Source: Macrostomum lignano
Lineage: Eukaryota
Reading direction: 5' to 3'
DNA: 64,000 nt
Assembly (NCBI GenBank): GCA_002269645.1
Contig: NIVC01000754.1
Coordinates: 310,001-374,000 of the forward strand
Shown here: one piece after another, positions 12,369 through 51,603 of the stretch
Position numbering within the stretch: the first letter of the stretch is position 1
Layout of the letters: the number at the start of each line of letters is the position of its first letter
Notes under the pieces: generated by a model
What the model was told of the DNA's origin: nothing
Database searches by the model: none
The model's input: the letters and a program-made list of their open reading frames with translations, nothing else
Made by a program: the position numbers and the translations under genes

Positions 12369-15300
12369 GTCACAATTTACTTACAATAGTTATCCGATAC
12401 TCACACGAGTAGTTATGCGCCAGCGCTACTCTCTACTTGCCAGCAAAGTAGGCAGTCTGGGGGTATTTCGTTGCGACAGCATTAAAAATACCAAAGGAAA
12501 AACAATACTGATATTTTGTCGGCGTTTATTTCAGCTTTCAATGTCTGCTCTGATAACTTCTGTCCGTTTATTATTGTCATTTTAGTTCCTTTGATGTTCG
12601 ATATTATTTGTCCTCGTGTCAACTTACTTCTGTCTGTGCCCGATTCTTTCTAGAAATTTTGCTTTTTTGTAGTTTGAAAAGCTAGTAGCCACCCTAGAAA
12701 TGGGTGCTTTCAGAAGTTCCAAGACATTGGTATCGGGCGTTTGGTATATCAAATTCCAAAAATGCCTGGGTATCAATAAACTGTATCTGAAATCCCAAAA
12801 GTATTATAAAAATTGTCTCAAAAACACTTTGGAATTCCAAGCTGTACTCGAAGTCTGTGGGCCATTATATATCTGTTTTTATGTCATAATTAGTCATTTG
12901 TGTATTTTTATTTACAAGAAACAACAAAATTAACTGTCAAACGTACAAGTCCCTACAGTGCCGCAAGAAGAAAGACATTCCAAGTTAATTTATTGAACTG
13001 CCAATTCTTTGCACCGTTTTGTTTTATTAGCAATCTGAAAAAAAGTTTTTTAATGTATTGAATATTTCAATTTAAATTTTGATTTAAACATTTAATTTTT
13101 TAATATTTTCAATCTTTGTCCAACCGTAGTCTTTGTGCGAATGCTTCACAGCCTACGAGTCCAAAACAACGAAAATGTATTATTTAAAGCAAATAAACAA
13201 AGCGATTGTCGATAACAATCGATAAACAAATGTCAATAAAAAATTGTTTTTATGTACTATAAATGTACAGCGTAATTAGTCTCTTTTTTGATTTTCAACT
13301 CACGTGATAAAAACTTCATCACATCGGTGAGAGATATTGACTTAATGTCAGTATACCGACGTGTAGCCTCAACAAATACTATTGTAAAAAATACAATAGA
13401 TTAATAACCATTTAACTATAGCTACTTCTAATTTCTTGACCAAGTGCTCGATATTTTCAATTTTGTTTATATTTTACCGGTATGGTAAAATGGAATAATG
13501 GAAATTTGCATGTTTACTACACATGAAGACTTTATTTTAAAGCACTAAAAAGCAGCTACGAGTTTTTGGAAATATGCACGTTTTCTAATCTAACTTCTGC
13601 AAAAAAACTATAAAAACTATTTGAATCTCTGATTTTTTAAAATTAAACAGCTACTAAAAATTGGCTTATGATTCAAACAGAAAGCTACTGAACACTATCT
13701 CGAGCTTTAGCATTGGAATATACTGAAAAATGAGCTTTTTCGATCTGATTCTAATAAAAATGTTAGTTAAAATTTTGCTAAAAAGTCCGAAAAATGTACG
13801 CAAAGTTCCCAATGTAGGTACTCCATAGACCAGATTTGTCTCAGAAACTCATTCAACAAAAACGATTCTAAGAAACGATGTGTCTCATCTTACTAATACT
13901 TGAATCGTTGATGAGTGCTTTTACATTTACCTGGTACATGTGATTTCCTTTTCAGGGATGTGATGTGATACGTGCTGACTATGCTGCGACTGATTCCAAA
14001 TTCCAATTAAAAAATACTAAGTAGAGCATCGAGTACATCTCCGTTTTTATAATTTAGCATATTTTCCTTCTCTACTATACTGAAAGTAAAGTAGCTAGAA
14101 ATTTTTTGTTTGGATTTGTTTACTTATAAATACATAAGCACGTAAGCACTTACGCGTTCGGCCATTGCTGTAAGTTACCCTTTTAAAGTTTAAGGAAAAA
14201 ACGCGGGCTTCATAGGATTTTGCACGATTTTCGAGAGTTTTGCACCCAATTCTGCTTGAGTTGTCCATGACTTCTACTTTTATACTCAACAAAACGGTTA
14301 TGTAACAGCATTCTCATTAATTTCTAAATGATCCAACTAGGACAAATCAACTGTTTCTCAGTGTTGAAAGTAGTAACTCTAGAAACAAACTCCAATATTA
14401 AGGAACAAGCAACGAAAAATTGCTATTTAACAAAATGTCGATTATTCCACTTTATTATATCTCATGCATGTTGATTCGGCAAATAACTTTAACATCATTA
14501 CGTTTTTGTATTTGCTTGCAGATGCAGCTCATAATGGCCACTATATAAAGCTGTACAATGTGGATTTCTCTATGAAAGCTGCTTAAAGGAGGCAGACAGA
14601 TTTGAAGGAAACAAAATGGGTATTAACAAAATCATTCGCATGAATATATTTTAAAATTAATTCGATTACTTAACTGACAGATTGCTGTGTTATCCACTAC
14701 TTGTGTTTCTACAATCTTATGAATGAAACTGGGACTATCCCATTTTTTAATTGAAAAGTATTGTCCACTGGGTGCTGAAAAAACAGAAAATTATGCCTAT
14801 ATTTCGGGGCAAAAACCCATAGTAATTTGTACGATTCAAGAGTGTAGCAAGGGATAGTGGGCGAAGAAAAATATATGTTCACACCAATCGCCAGCCAATT
14901 CGCATAGAGGAGGGATAGAGAGGGCGTTGAAAGGGTTCGAAAGAGAAATCTTACCAATTAAAGTACACTCCAACCTCAGCCAATAAGAATCGAGGAGGGT
15001 AGAAAGTCCGTTCCCATGGGATAGAAAGAGCTGCTAAGTATACCCTCGCGCCAGCCAATTAGAATCGAGGAAGGGTAGACAGTCCGTCCCCATAGGATAG
15101 AAAGAGAAAGCTGCTACCAGGTAAGTACACTCTCGCGCCGGCCAATTAGCGCTCAGAGGGATAGACAGTGGGTTCCAAAAGATGGAAGGAGAAAAAGAGA
15201 AAATAAGTTTCTACCAAAGATATTAATCTCTTGACACAATCTGCCAATTTCGCAATCCAAAACAATTGTTAATTACATGCATGTTTTTGAATTTAAAAAA

Positions 15301-15546
15301 CTAATTCGCAATTGAAAGACAAAGCAACAGAACATGGACTGGCAAACTAAGCGGTAAAGAGCGAAGCTCTCATCTGTTAAGCTTTCCTTTGTGAGCTGCC
15401 CTTTAAGGGACGCAAATAGATTAGGATGACAGCAAAGTGACGATTTGTCAAGGTTCAATACGAGTCTGGGGGAACAATAATAATGTCATACTTGATTGCG
15501 TAACTTCTAGGCAAACAAAATTCGGTGCTGCACAACAATGGGAGAT

Positions 15547-39390
<23,844 letters not shown>

Positions 39391-42289
39391 CTTAGCCGAC
39401 TCGCTAAACACCGCTGCAGTTGTCACCTTTGACGGCTGGGACGGCAATCCGGGCATCGCCTTTTGATGCGTTCTCAACCTGGCCGCTGGGACCTTGGCGG
39501 CGTCTCGTTTTCTTCTTCTTTGAACTTTGCTCAGAACGGCGTTGTGTAATTTAATTTTTTAAACTTTTTGAATCGGCCCGGCTATGCAAACAGGCGATTG
39601 TCACCTTCTGCCAGTTGGACCGCAGGTAAATAATTGCTTGGAGTAGGGGGGGGGGGTGCTGTCAGACTCAACTGTTGAGGCTGTGAGCAGGGCTTGGCAC
39701 TGCCGTTATTATCATTATAGTTGAGTCTGTAGGCAACCTGCTCAAGCCGTATGACTAATAGGAGATGTTGGGGCCGCGGGTCAAGAGGATTTTTTATCGC
39801 GTCTTTGTACCGCCCGTCGTGTCGTTGTGGGAGATTTTCTCCTCTTTCTTTATTTCTCTTTGGCTCTTAGTCGGTTTGAGCAGCACGTTGGTAGTTTTTT
39901 TCTCACCAGTCAGTAAATAGTTGAATGCGATTCACCTTCAGAGAGCGGAGCGAGTTTAAATGGCGGAAGGAACTGAGAGGAGCTGCATGCAAGGGTAGTC
40001 TAAAACTTTAATGTCCCGCGCGAGACCTTTGGCCCTGACAGGACCTGAGCGAGAGGGAGTTGTGCTTGCGGGGTAGCGGGGCAGGACCCTCCCTTATGGT
40101 TAGAGAAGGGTCTAGTGGTCTGCCAACTCAGGCAACAGTAGTCGAACCAACCAATCCGCAGCTTCGGGCCAAAGCAGTTCGTCCAATGGTAGCCGGTCTC
40201 CTGTGCCTGCCTCTTGGTCTTGCCAGTGCATTTGGCTTTAGTGGGTATCGTGTTAAAGACAATTGGGACATAGGGAAAGAAATATGGAATGGCGCCCCTC
40301 CGATCCAATATGAAAAGGCGCCCCTGTCAAATTAAACGGCGCGGCCCTCTCTCATAGTAAATGGCGTCCCTCTGATTTGATATGGCACCCTTCTCAAGAA
40401 TAGCACATCCGCTCCTATATGAAATGGCACCCCCTCAAATAAAATGGGTGCGCTTGTCTCAAATGAAATGGCGCCCCCTAAAACGAAATGGCGTCCCTCG
40501 GGATGAAATTCATGATGTACCCCTTCAAATTAAGTGAAATTGAGGATTTGATTGGGTGAAATGAGATACATATACTCGTACATGTAAATAATCTGAAATA
40601 TTTAAAATACGCAGATGCCGATCGATACTCATAGCTCGCTAATTCGCAATGTCGTAGTTGTAATGCTTGTATATTTAAGAAACAAAAGCATGAATAAAAT
40701 ATCTAATTTAATAACGAAAAGCTAACCCTGAATTATACAATCTGCAATAGGGTTACGGTCACGGATGTCGGTTCAAGCTTGGGGATCTGTCTCGCACTAC
40801 AGACGCGGGCTTTCCAACACTGTCTTACAACACTTAGGATTATAATTCCATTCGAAAAATTGAAAAGTTAGAGAAATGCTGAGTAGCTGGCTACCTAATT
40901 ACATGTGCATGTACATGTACATCTGTATAGATGACGGCATGCGCGTCAATGCTTAGCTAGACATGCAATTTAAATTAAGTTTGCATGAATTTCGCATAAA
41001 TTTTGTAGGAAACATGAGCTATTATGAATTGTATAACTTCTAGTTGATCACTTCTTTTAGTTTCATCTTTTAGTTTCAAAAAAAATAAATTCGGCCAAAT
41101 ATACAGATTGAAAATAATCATTTGAACTTTAATTTCTTTAAATAACGATTAAGTTCAAGATTTAGGTCATGAGCTAAGATGTTTTATTTTAAATTAAAAC
41201 TAAGTTAAACTCTATCTGACTCGATTAGGAATTTAAATTTATTAAAAATGGTAGTTACCACAGTCATTTAGCGGGATTTGTCGCTTCACATATTAAGTTA
41301 AAACAAACTGAACGAATAGACTTTAAATATAGTGAGTAAAATATAATTAAGCTTGCAAAATTAATGGCAAAAAAATATACCATATAAAAAAATTACGTTA
41401 TAAAGGTTATTTATAATGGCTTTGTCGGCGTGGTAGCAACAGGGGGTCCTCTCAAAGAGCTTAAAGCTACAATTTTTTGAAGTTCTTTTTTCACTTGATC
41501 GAGCGTTGGTTTCTTGCTCTAGCGAAGCGAAACAAACACAGTTAGTGTGGATAGCTAAGCATGAAAACTCGTCAAGATTATCGACGTGTAAAGCTGTCAG
41601 TTTACAACATATTGTCACGTGGTAGCTGGTTTGGCTTCCTTATAAGCTTAAGTCAAAGTGTCTGCAGTTCCTGCAATTTGCACTTAATATGTTTTAGATA
41701 GATAAGCTAGAAATTTAGTAATATTTCTTTACCGTTATGTAATATACTGTGTATATTTTATAAGAGATAAACATCCTTTTTGGAGTAAAAGAAATGACAA
41801 GGCTGCAGTTAACTATTACCAGAAAGTACTCGTATTACTTTTATCTTTCAAAATTTCGATTGGATTTAAGATTTAAGTATATGAGCTAAGATTTTGTGCT
41901 TTTAGTGTCTAAATTGAAAACTTCACTTTAAACTCACATTCGAGTCTTTTAAGAAATTTAAATTTATTTTTAAATTAGTATTAACAGTAAATAAATAGCA
42001 ATAATATATAATGTCAAAGCTATTTTTTGTCAATGGCAGCAAAACCAAATGCTTGAGAAGTTTTCAAGTATCAATGTGTAAGAATGAATAATTAGATTTA
42101 ATTTTATTAGATTTTTTTAAATGAAAGGAATTTTTTGATTCGTTCAATTCGAGAGTCAACTAACCAGACAGTTAGCAATGTTCATTTTGAATTTCAAACT
42201 GACATCATTTTCTTCATGCTCGATAATCGTCAGGATTAATCCAGCCTCCCAAGTTAGCCGACAAGTCTAGTCAAGAAAGCAATTCAACA

Positions 42290-45200
42290 ATGGTCTACAA
42301 CTACACTAAGCCCCGCGGGCCAGTGGCCGCCATGTACAGCAGCCCCGGGCCGAAGTACGGCCTACCCGGCCTGGTTGGCCATCCGCACCATGACCCCCGC
42401 TCCGTACACAACCGCGGCCCGGCATATCCGTTCGGCGTTCGTCACGGCAAATATGCCGACGACTCGAGTCCGGGACCTTGCTACATGCCGCAGGAGAAGA
42501 CTTATCGTGACGGTCGGGACGCGGCGCCGCAGTTCTCCCTATATGGCAGGCCGCGGGACAGCACCGCGTTCTCGGCTCCGGGACCGGGCGCCTACCGGCC
42601 CGAGGCGACATCAATGGACAAAGCGCCCAGCTACAGCTTCGGGATGCGGCACCAGCAGTTCCGGACTGACAACACGCCTGGTGAGTCTTGAAGGGTCTCA
42701 GGATGGTGTGTCTGCCAGGATGATGTGTCTCAAGATGTTGTGTCTCTGGCTGTTGTGTCTGCCAGGATGATGTGTCTCAAGATGTTGTGTCTCTGGCTGT
42801 TGTGTCTCAGGATGGTGTGTCTTTCAGGATGTTGTATCTCAGGATGTTGTGTCTCAGGATGGTGTGTCTGTCAGGATGATGTGTCTCAAGATGTTGTGTC
42901 TTTGGCTGTTGTGTCTCAGGATGGTGTGTCTGTCAGGATGATGTGTCTCAAGATGTTGTGTCTTTGGCTGTTGTGTCTCAGGATGGTGTGTCTGTCAGGA
43001 TGATGTGTCTCAAGATGTTGTGTCTTTGGCTGTTGTGTCTCAGGATGGTGTGTCTGTCAGGATGATGTCTCAAGATGTTGTATCTCAGGATGTTGTATCT
43101 CAGGATGTTGTATCTCAGGATGTTGTATCTCAGGATTTTGTATCTCAGGATGTTGTGTCTCAGGATGTTGTATCTCAGGATGTTGTATCTCAGGATGTTG
43201 TATTTCAGGATGTTGTATCTCAGGATGTTGTATTTCAGGATGTTGTATCTCAGGATGTTGTATCTCAGGATGTTGTGTCTTTCAGGATGTTGTATCTCAG
43301 GATGTTGTGTCTCAGGATGGTGTGTCTCAGGATGTTGTATCTCAGGATGTTGTATCTCAGGATGTTGTATCTCAGGATGTTGTATCTCAGGATGTTGTAT
43401 CTCAGGGTGTTGTGTCTCAGGATGTTGTATCTCAGGATGTTGTATCTCAGGGTGTTGTGTCTTTCAGGTTGTTGTGTCTTTCAGGGTGTTGTCTTTCAGG
43501 GTGTTGTGTCTTTCAGGGTGTTGTGTCTTTCAGGTTGTTGTGTCTTTCAGGGTGTTGTCTTTCAGGGTGTTGTGTCTTTCAGGGTGTTGTGTCTTTCAGG
43601 GTGTTGTGTCTTTCAGGTTGTTGTGTCTTTCAGGGTGTTGTGTCTTTCAGGTTGTTGTGTCTTTCAGGGTGTTGTATCTCAGGGTGTTGTGTCTTTCAGG
43701 TTGTTGTGTCTTTCAGGGTGTTGTCTTTCAGGGTGTTGTGTCTTTCAGGGTGTTGTGTCTTTCAGGTTGTTGTGTCTTTCAGGGTGTTGTCTTTCAGGGT
43801 GTTGTGTCTTTCAGGGTGTTGTGTCTTTCAGGGTGTTGTGTCTTTCAGGTTGTTGTGTCTTTCAGGGTGTTGTGTCTTTCAGGTTGTTGTGTCTTTCAGG
43901 GTGTTGTATCTCAGGGTGTTGTGTCTTTCAGGTTGTTGTGTCTTTCAGGGTGTTGTCTTTCAGGGTGTTGTGTCTTTCAGGGTGTTGTGTCTTTCAGGTT
44001 GTTGTGTCTTTCAGGGTGTTGTCTTTCAGGGTGTTGTGTCTTTCAGGGTGTTGTGTCTTTCAGGGTGTTGTGTCTTTCAGGTTGTTGTGTCTTTCAGGGT
44101 GTTGTGTCTTTCAGGTTGTTGTGTCTTTCAGGATGTTGAGACTTTTGTTGTTGTTGTATCTCAGGATGTTGTCTCAGTGCATCAGCATGATATTTCTAAC
44201 GATCGTTTAAGTAGCTATGGTGAATGCATGCCTTCCAAAAACCGCATCTTAACCCCTACAGGCCCCAACGCTTACTTACCCGACAGTATGGTGGGCAGAA
44301 GCATTCGCAGCCAGAAGAAGTCCGCGCCGGCCTATTCGCTCACGGGTCGCTCCAAGAACGGCGGGTTTCACGAGGATTTGCAGAAGGTGCGCTGGCAGCT
44401 CTGAGAAAATCTTTGCGTACTTATCGGCATTTGGCGAGGTGCTTTCTCACCCAGGCTGGGTTATTGTGTCCAACCAGCATACATGTAAAAGTAAAAGCTC
44501 CGGAGTTCAATGCCTTGGCATGGCCGCAATAAGATTCAATGTGAATCCACCATTAGCAATCCAGCCCGATAAAGACTTGTGTCTTCTTTACTCTCCTCTA
44601 TCCCCTCTCCTCTCTCCTCTCTCCCCTCTCCTCTCTCCTCTCTCCCCTCTCCCCTCTCCTCTCTCCTCTCTCCTCTCTCCTCTCTCCTCTCTCCTCTCTC
44701 CTCTCTCCTCTCTCCTCTCTCCCTCTCCCCTCCCCTCTCTCCTCTCTCCTCTCTCTCTCTCTCTCCTCTCTCCTCTCTCCTCTCTCCCTCTCCTCTCTCC
44801 CCTCTCCTCTCTCCTCTCTCCTCTCTCCTCTCTCCCTCTCCTCTCTCCCCTCTCCTCTCTCCCCTCTCCTCTCTCCTCTCTCCTCTCTCCCCTCTCCCCT
44901 CTCCTCTCTCCTCTCTCCCCTCTTCTCTCTCCCCTCTACTCTCTCCTCTCTCCCCTCTCTTCTCTCCTCTCTCCCCTCTCCTCTTTCCTCTTTCCTCTCT
45001 CCTCTCTCCCCTCTCCCCTCTCCTCTCTCCTCTCCCCACTCTCTTCTCTCCTCTCTCCTCTCTCCTCTCCCCACTCTCTTCTCTCCTCTCTCCTCTCTCC
45101 TCTCCCCACTCTCTTCTCTCCTCTCTCCTCTCTCCCCTCTCCTCTCTCCACTCTCCCCTCTCTCCTTGCTCCTCTCTTTTGTTAAAAACTTGAACTCTCC

Positions 45201-45815
45201 AACCCAACATGCAACTATCTGCAGACTCCGGGTCCAGGCGCTTACAACACCACCCAGTCGGCGCACTACAGGAGCAGCGCCCCCAGCTACAGCATGACCA
45301 GCCGGAACGCCATGCCAGGGGACACCACCGTGAAGCCGGGGCCTGGCGCCCACTCGCCCGAGAAGGTGAGTCACTAACACCCGATTTTTATTTGGGACTA
45401 TTATCATATAGTATTGCACAATTTCACAAGCAATTTCACATGTAGCCAATCGTTTGTATGGCTCTACGTCAGTTGATAGAATCTCAGTACGCAAATAAGT
45501 CAAACCAAATGTGTTGACTCTTAATGGTGTACATTTTAGATCTTGCTTCTCTTGTGTGACGTCACCCCATAGAGAACTATTTTTAGAACGCTAGGCCTTC
45601 CCACCACAATGACAGTCGGAAAAGCCACACACATTGAAGTTAGTGGTGAATCATATTTTCAGGCTGAAAAGCTAAATTACGAGTAATAACTATTCAACTT
45701 CACAATTCATTTCCAGGTGTACGACAATTCGAAAAAAGCCGCCCCAAAGCACAGCTTCGGAATCCGGCACTCGCAGTACAAGGGCGAGTTCATCACGGGT
45801 GCCGACTTGGATTGA
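42290..45815 (+). CDS. ODF3: Outer dense fiber protein 3-like / SHIPPO1-repeat ciliary microtubule-associated protein; exons 42290-42680, 44262-44386, 45225-45365, 45717-45815 (756 nt, 251 aa)
   Basis: Repeated PGP(G)xY SHIPPO motifs (SSPGPKY, SSPGPCY, APGPGAY, TPGPNAY, TPGPGAY, KPGPGAH) with intervening APxYSF/GxR motifs and the N-terminal PRGPVAAMYSSPGP typical of ODF3. All introns are GT-AG with matching phases 1,0,0. Confidence 0.93.
42695..44175. repeat. Graded satellite filling ODF3 intron 1 (composite units -> 15-bp CAGGATGTTGTATCT -> 17-bp TCAGGGTGTTGTGTCTT)
   Basis: Direct reading. Confidence 0.93.
44590..45175. repeat. CT-rich (CTCTCCT)n tract in ODF3 intron 2
   Basis: Direct reading. 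Confidence 0.92.
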
Positions 45816-46629
45816 GGACCGCGGAAGACAAATTTGACAAATTAACCAAAGATATTCCTCAGCTTGCACCAACCGCTTGCTTGCTTGCGTGTTTTTTTTG
45901 GAAAAAATCAGAATCAAGAATTCGGCTATTTGTTTTTTTCACTCTAGTGTTTTTCCTGTTGCCCGATATTTTTCTCTGCTTTGAATTTCAGTTTCAGCTT
46001 TTTGTGCTGCTTGAGTTTTTTAGTTTCGGGGGTGTTTTTTGTTTTTGCGCAGAGCACGCTGATTTACTCCTGCTCATACTGCTGATTCGCCTCTCATTAA
46101 CACCTGGGAATGCCGGTTAGCAACTAGTTAGCAACTAGTCAAACAACAATAAGGCTTATGCTTACATAAATCAGTTTTTTTCATATAGTTTTTTGTGTTC
46201 CTAGTCACTTTTTTCGTTAAAAAACCTTTTATCTACTGTTAGTAGAGTTTTTAAAAACGAGAAAGAAAATAATTTCGCTGTTTTTCTTTTTTAATGCAAA
46301 GCAATTTCTAGCAAAAAGTAGCAGACAGCCATGCGATTAATTTTGATACCTTATACATGTACATGTGTGTTCAATATATTAATACAATAGTGCAATATTT
46401 GCAGAGCTAACTTTGTCAATGGACTTCAAACACTGAAGTGGTTCTTTTAAAAACTGTCACGACGTTTCCTTATTGTCGTTGCTTTGACGGCTCTTTCTTT
46501 GAACAAATAGTTGATCTATTAACAATTGCAGCCCGTAACAAAGAGTTTGACTCAACAATAACAATGTACATTCAAATATTGAAGCAGACACTGCTGTCAA
46601 GAACACGGGTCGGGCAAAATATTTTTATC

Positions 46630-47230
46630 TCAAGGGTCAGGTGTAGAGAGGGGAGGAGGGGAGCCAGAGGAGGGGAGAGAGGAGAGGGAATAGAGAAAAG
46701 ACGAAGGAACTAGGAGAAAGGAGAGACGAATGAATTTAGAAAACGAGCAGATGAAAGGAGAGAAGAGATTAATTAAGAGAGAGGAGAAATGAGAAAGGAG
46801 AGATAAGAAAGGAGAAAGGAGAGAGGAGAGATGAGAGAAGAGAGAGGAGAGATGAGAGATGAAAGATGAGAGATGAGAGAGGAGAAATGAGAGAGGAGAG
46901 ATAAGATAAAAGAGATGAGAGATGAGAGATGAGAGATGAGAGATGGGGGATGAGAGAGGAGAGATGAGAGATGAGAGATGAGAGATAAGAGATGAGAGAG
47001 GAGAGACGAGAGAGGAGAGAGGAGAGATGGGGGATGAGAGAGGAGAGATGAGAGATGAGAGATGAGAGATAAGAGATGAGAGAGGAGAGACGAGAGAGGA
47101 GAGAAGAGAAGAATGATGAGAAGAGCTGAGGAGAGAGGAGAAAAGGGAGAGAGGAGAAAAGGGAGAGAAAAGGAGAGAGGAGAAAAAGAAAAGTGAGAGA
47201 AGATTAGAGAGAAGAGCGATGAGAAGAGAC
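46630..47230. repeat. GA-rich low-complexity tract (GAGAGAT/GAGAGGA units)
   Basis: Direct reading. Confidence 0.88.
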
Positions 47231-47366
47231 GCAAACCATGAGTTTCACGGACCCGAGGGCCGTATAGAGAAGCTATTCGCAAGTTAATCGTATTAAATAA
47301 CAATGCATGTATTCGATTTATTGTAGATATTATCTACTAAATAAATAGGCATTATAGCACAAGCTT

Positions 47367-49769
<2,403 letters not shown>

Positions 49770-49772
49770 ATG

Positions 49773-50065
49773 AGTAGTAGGGCGAATTATGATACTGCCG
49801 CACTAGCACTGGCGAGATAGGCGGCAATGCAAATGTATAGGGAAAAATACACTGCGGAGATATGAGCCCTATCTCTGTGCATTGGGGACGGCTAAGCACT
49901 GCAGAGATATGAGCTCTATCTCTGTGCATTGGGGACGGCTAAGCACTGCAGAGATATGAGCTCTATCTCTGTGCATTGGGGACGGCTAAGCACTGCAGAG
50001 ATATGAGCTCTATCTCTGTGCATTGGGGACGGCTAAGCACTGCAGAGATATGAGCTCTATCTCTG
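49773..50065. repeat. Left terminal inverted repeat: 89-bp unique end + four full and one partial 47-bp units
   Basis: Reverse complement of 57876-58168; ATGAG anchors at 49862, 49909, 49956, 50003 and 50050. Confidence 0.95.
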
Positions 50066-50341
50066 CTTAACACAGGAGTGATAGGAGAAGAGGCGGCCTA
50101 TTTCTTTACACTGGAGATGGTTAACACTGCAGAGATAGGAGGAGAGGCGGCCTATCTCTTTGCATTGGGGTGGTTAACACTGCAGAGATAGGAGGAGAGG
50201 CGGCCTATCTCTTTGCATTGGGGGTGGTTAACACTGCAGAGATAGGAGGAGAGGCGGCCTATCTCTTTGCATTTGGGGGTGGTTAACACTGCAGAGATAA
50301 GATGTTAATCTATGTAATTGGAAATAATGTTTGCGAAAGAG

Positions 50342-50402
50342 CCAATCACAGAGCCCGGAGTGGGATGGGTGGTTTGGGGTGGTTCGGTCGAGGGTATATA
50401 AG
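50342..50402 (+). promoter_or_regulatory. Putative Pol II promoter (CCAAT at 50342; TATATAAG at 50395) for the left-end gene
   Basis: Motifs lie ~110-165 bp upstream of ATG 50507; an AATAAA at 51490 follows the ORF. Confidence 0.55.
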
Positions 50403-50506
50403 CCCCGAAATTGACAAGAAAGAATTCTCAATTTTTCAAATCCAAAATTTCATCCGAAATTTTCCTCAGCTTTTAACTTTTGTGAGTTTTCAATTGCGAA
50501 AGGAAA

Positions 50507-51283
50507 ATGGACATCTGTGAAGGCTATAAGGCACAAGTCCAGGAGTTTGAAGGACAAAAATTTATCGCTATTCGCAAATTTTACCGACACGGCAGCACGG
50601 CAAGTCTGAAGCCAGGCGTCCCAGGATTCAACCTGAATGTTCACCAATGGAAGAAATTGAAGGAGGTGAAACGCTCACTTGTGATTTCTGCACGCAACAA
50701 CGAGCCCAAGGTCGTGAAACTCGGCTTCGATAAGTTTGTGGAAGTCAAAGGCGGCATCATTTGGCTCAAACGGCTGCCGGAAGATTGCTGCGAGGAGTTT
50801 TTGAGACGAAACGCCGTACCACTGACTCCGCCGCTGTGGCAGAAGCTCTGGAAAATCGCCTCCTGGATCGACGGTCAGCTGGTGGCTCCCTTGAGGAACA
50901 CAATGCAGTACGAGCTGGAGTCTGATGAGGAAGAGGAGGAAGAGGACAAGAAGCTCAAGTTGGAGGCTGACCAGGACACGAAGCCCATAATGGAGACTGA
51001 TGAGGGCGGAGATCATGCTGATGACGAGGACGTTAGCTCGCCCACAAGGCCGCGCATTGTGACTGAGCCAATCACATCCACACCGATACCTTCGGTTGAT
51101 TCTGATGCTGGACTGCTTCCGCAGCGGGACACCAACCTTGAGGAAGATCCGGTGTGGTATCAGTTCAGGGCGCATGCAGCGGCTTCGACGGTGAGCAGCA
51201 GCAGCAGGAAGCGAAAGCTGCCATTTCAACTTCGTCGGCAGGACGCGATGAGGCTGCAGCCCAATGTTCGCTTTGATAACTGA
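50507..51283 (+). CDS. PC4-like (transcriptional coactivator p15 / ssDNA-binding fold) protein with a probable second PC4 repeat and an acidic tail, 258 aa
   Basis: KAQVQEFEGQKFIAIRKFY...LKPGVPGFNLNVHQWKKLKE parallels the PC4 consensus (VSVRDFKGKVLIDIREYW...KPGRKGISL..EQW..LKE). A second, weaker repeat reads KFVEVKGGIIWLKR...VPLTPPLWQKL, followed by an E/D-rich stretch. Confidence 0.75.
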   Translation: MDICEGYKAQVQEFEGQKFIAIRKFYRHGSTASLKPGVPGFNLNVHQWKKLKEVKRSLVISARNNEPKVVKLGFDKFVEVKGGIIWLKRLPEDCCEEFLRRNAVPLTPPLWQKLWKIASWIDGQLVAPLRNTMQYELESDEEEEEEDKKLKLEADQDTKPIMETDEGGDHADDEDVSSPTRPRIVTEPITSTPIPSVDSDAGLLPQRDTNLEEDPVWYQFRAHAAASTVSSSSRKRKLPFQLRRQDAMRLQPNVRFDN

Positions 51284-51603
51284 ACAGCTAGAATGCTTTG
51301 AATGCATTGGACTAACTAAATTACTTTTAGCTTGCACATGATTATCCAGCCTGACGGCACTATGCTGTTTTTTATCTCTGCTATTTCTGAAATGCTGGTG
51401 TGCGAGTGTTTTAGTGTTCGTTTTTATGGATTGTTTGCTTTCGGAAAATACACCGACTGTTACGATGTTAGAGGTTTCAATCTGACAGTAATAAATTAAT
51501 TTGCCACTCGTTTCTCTATCATTTAATTGTAATATAAATTTCTACTTAAGAAAAAATACTGTACAGCTAGAGCAGGTGGATAGGCACGTATCTTGATAAA
51601 CCC

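Noticed and set aside
43005-44404. 350-400-aa ORFs in ODF3 intron 1
   Set aside because: Satellite translations; only 44262-44386 is a real exon.
49862-50065. Regular 47-bp repeats, and other 23-49-bp arrays, as possible CRISPR arrays
   Set aside because: The units are contiguous with no unique spacers, there are no cas genes, and the context is eukaryotic.
50675-51337. 220-aa minus-strand ORF inside the element, and similar small ORFs antisense to integrase, penton and MCP
   Set aside because: Antisense shadows of recognisable plus-strand genes.
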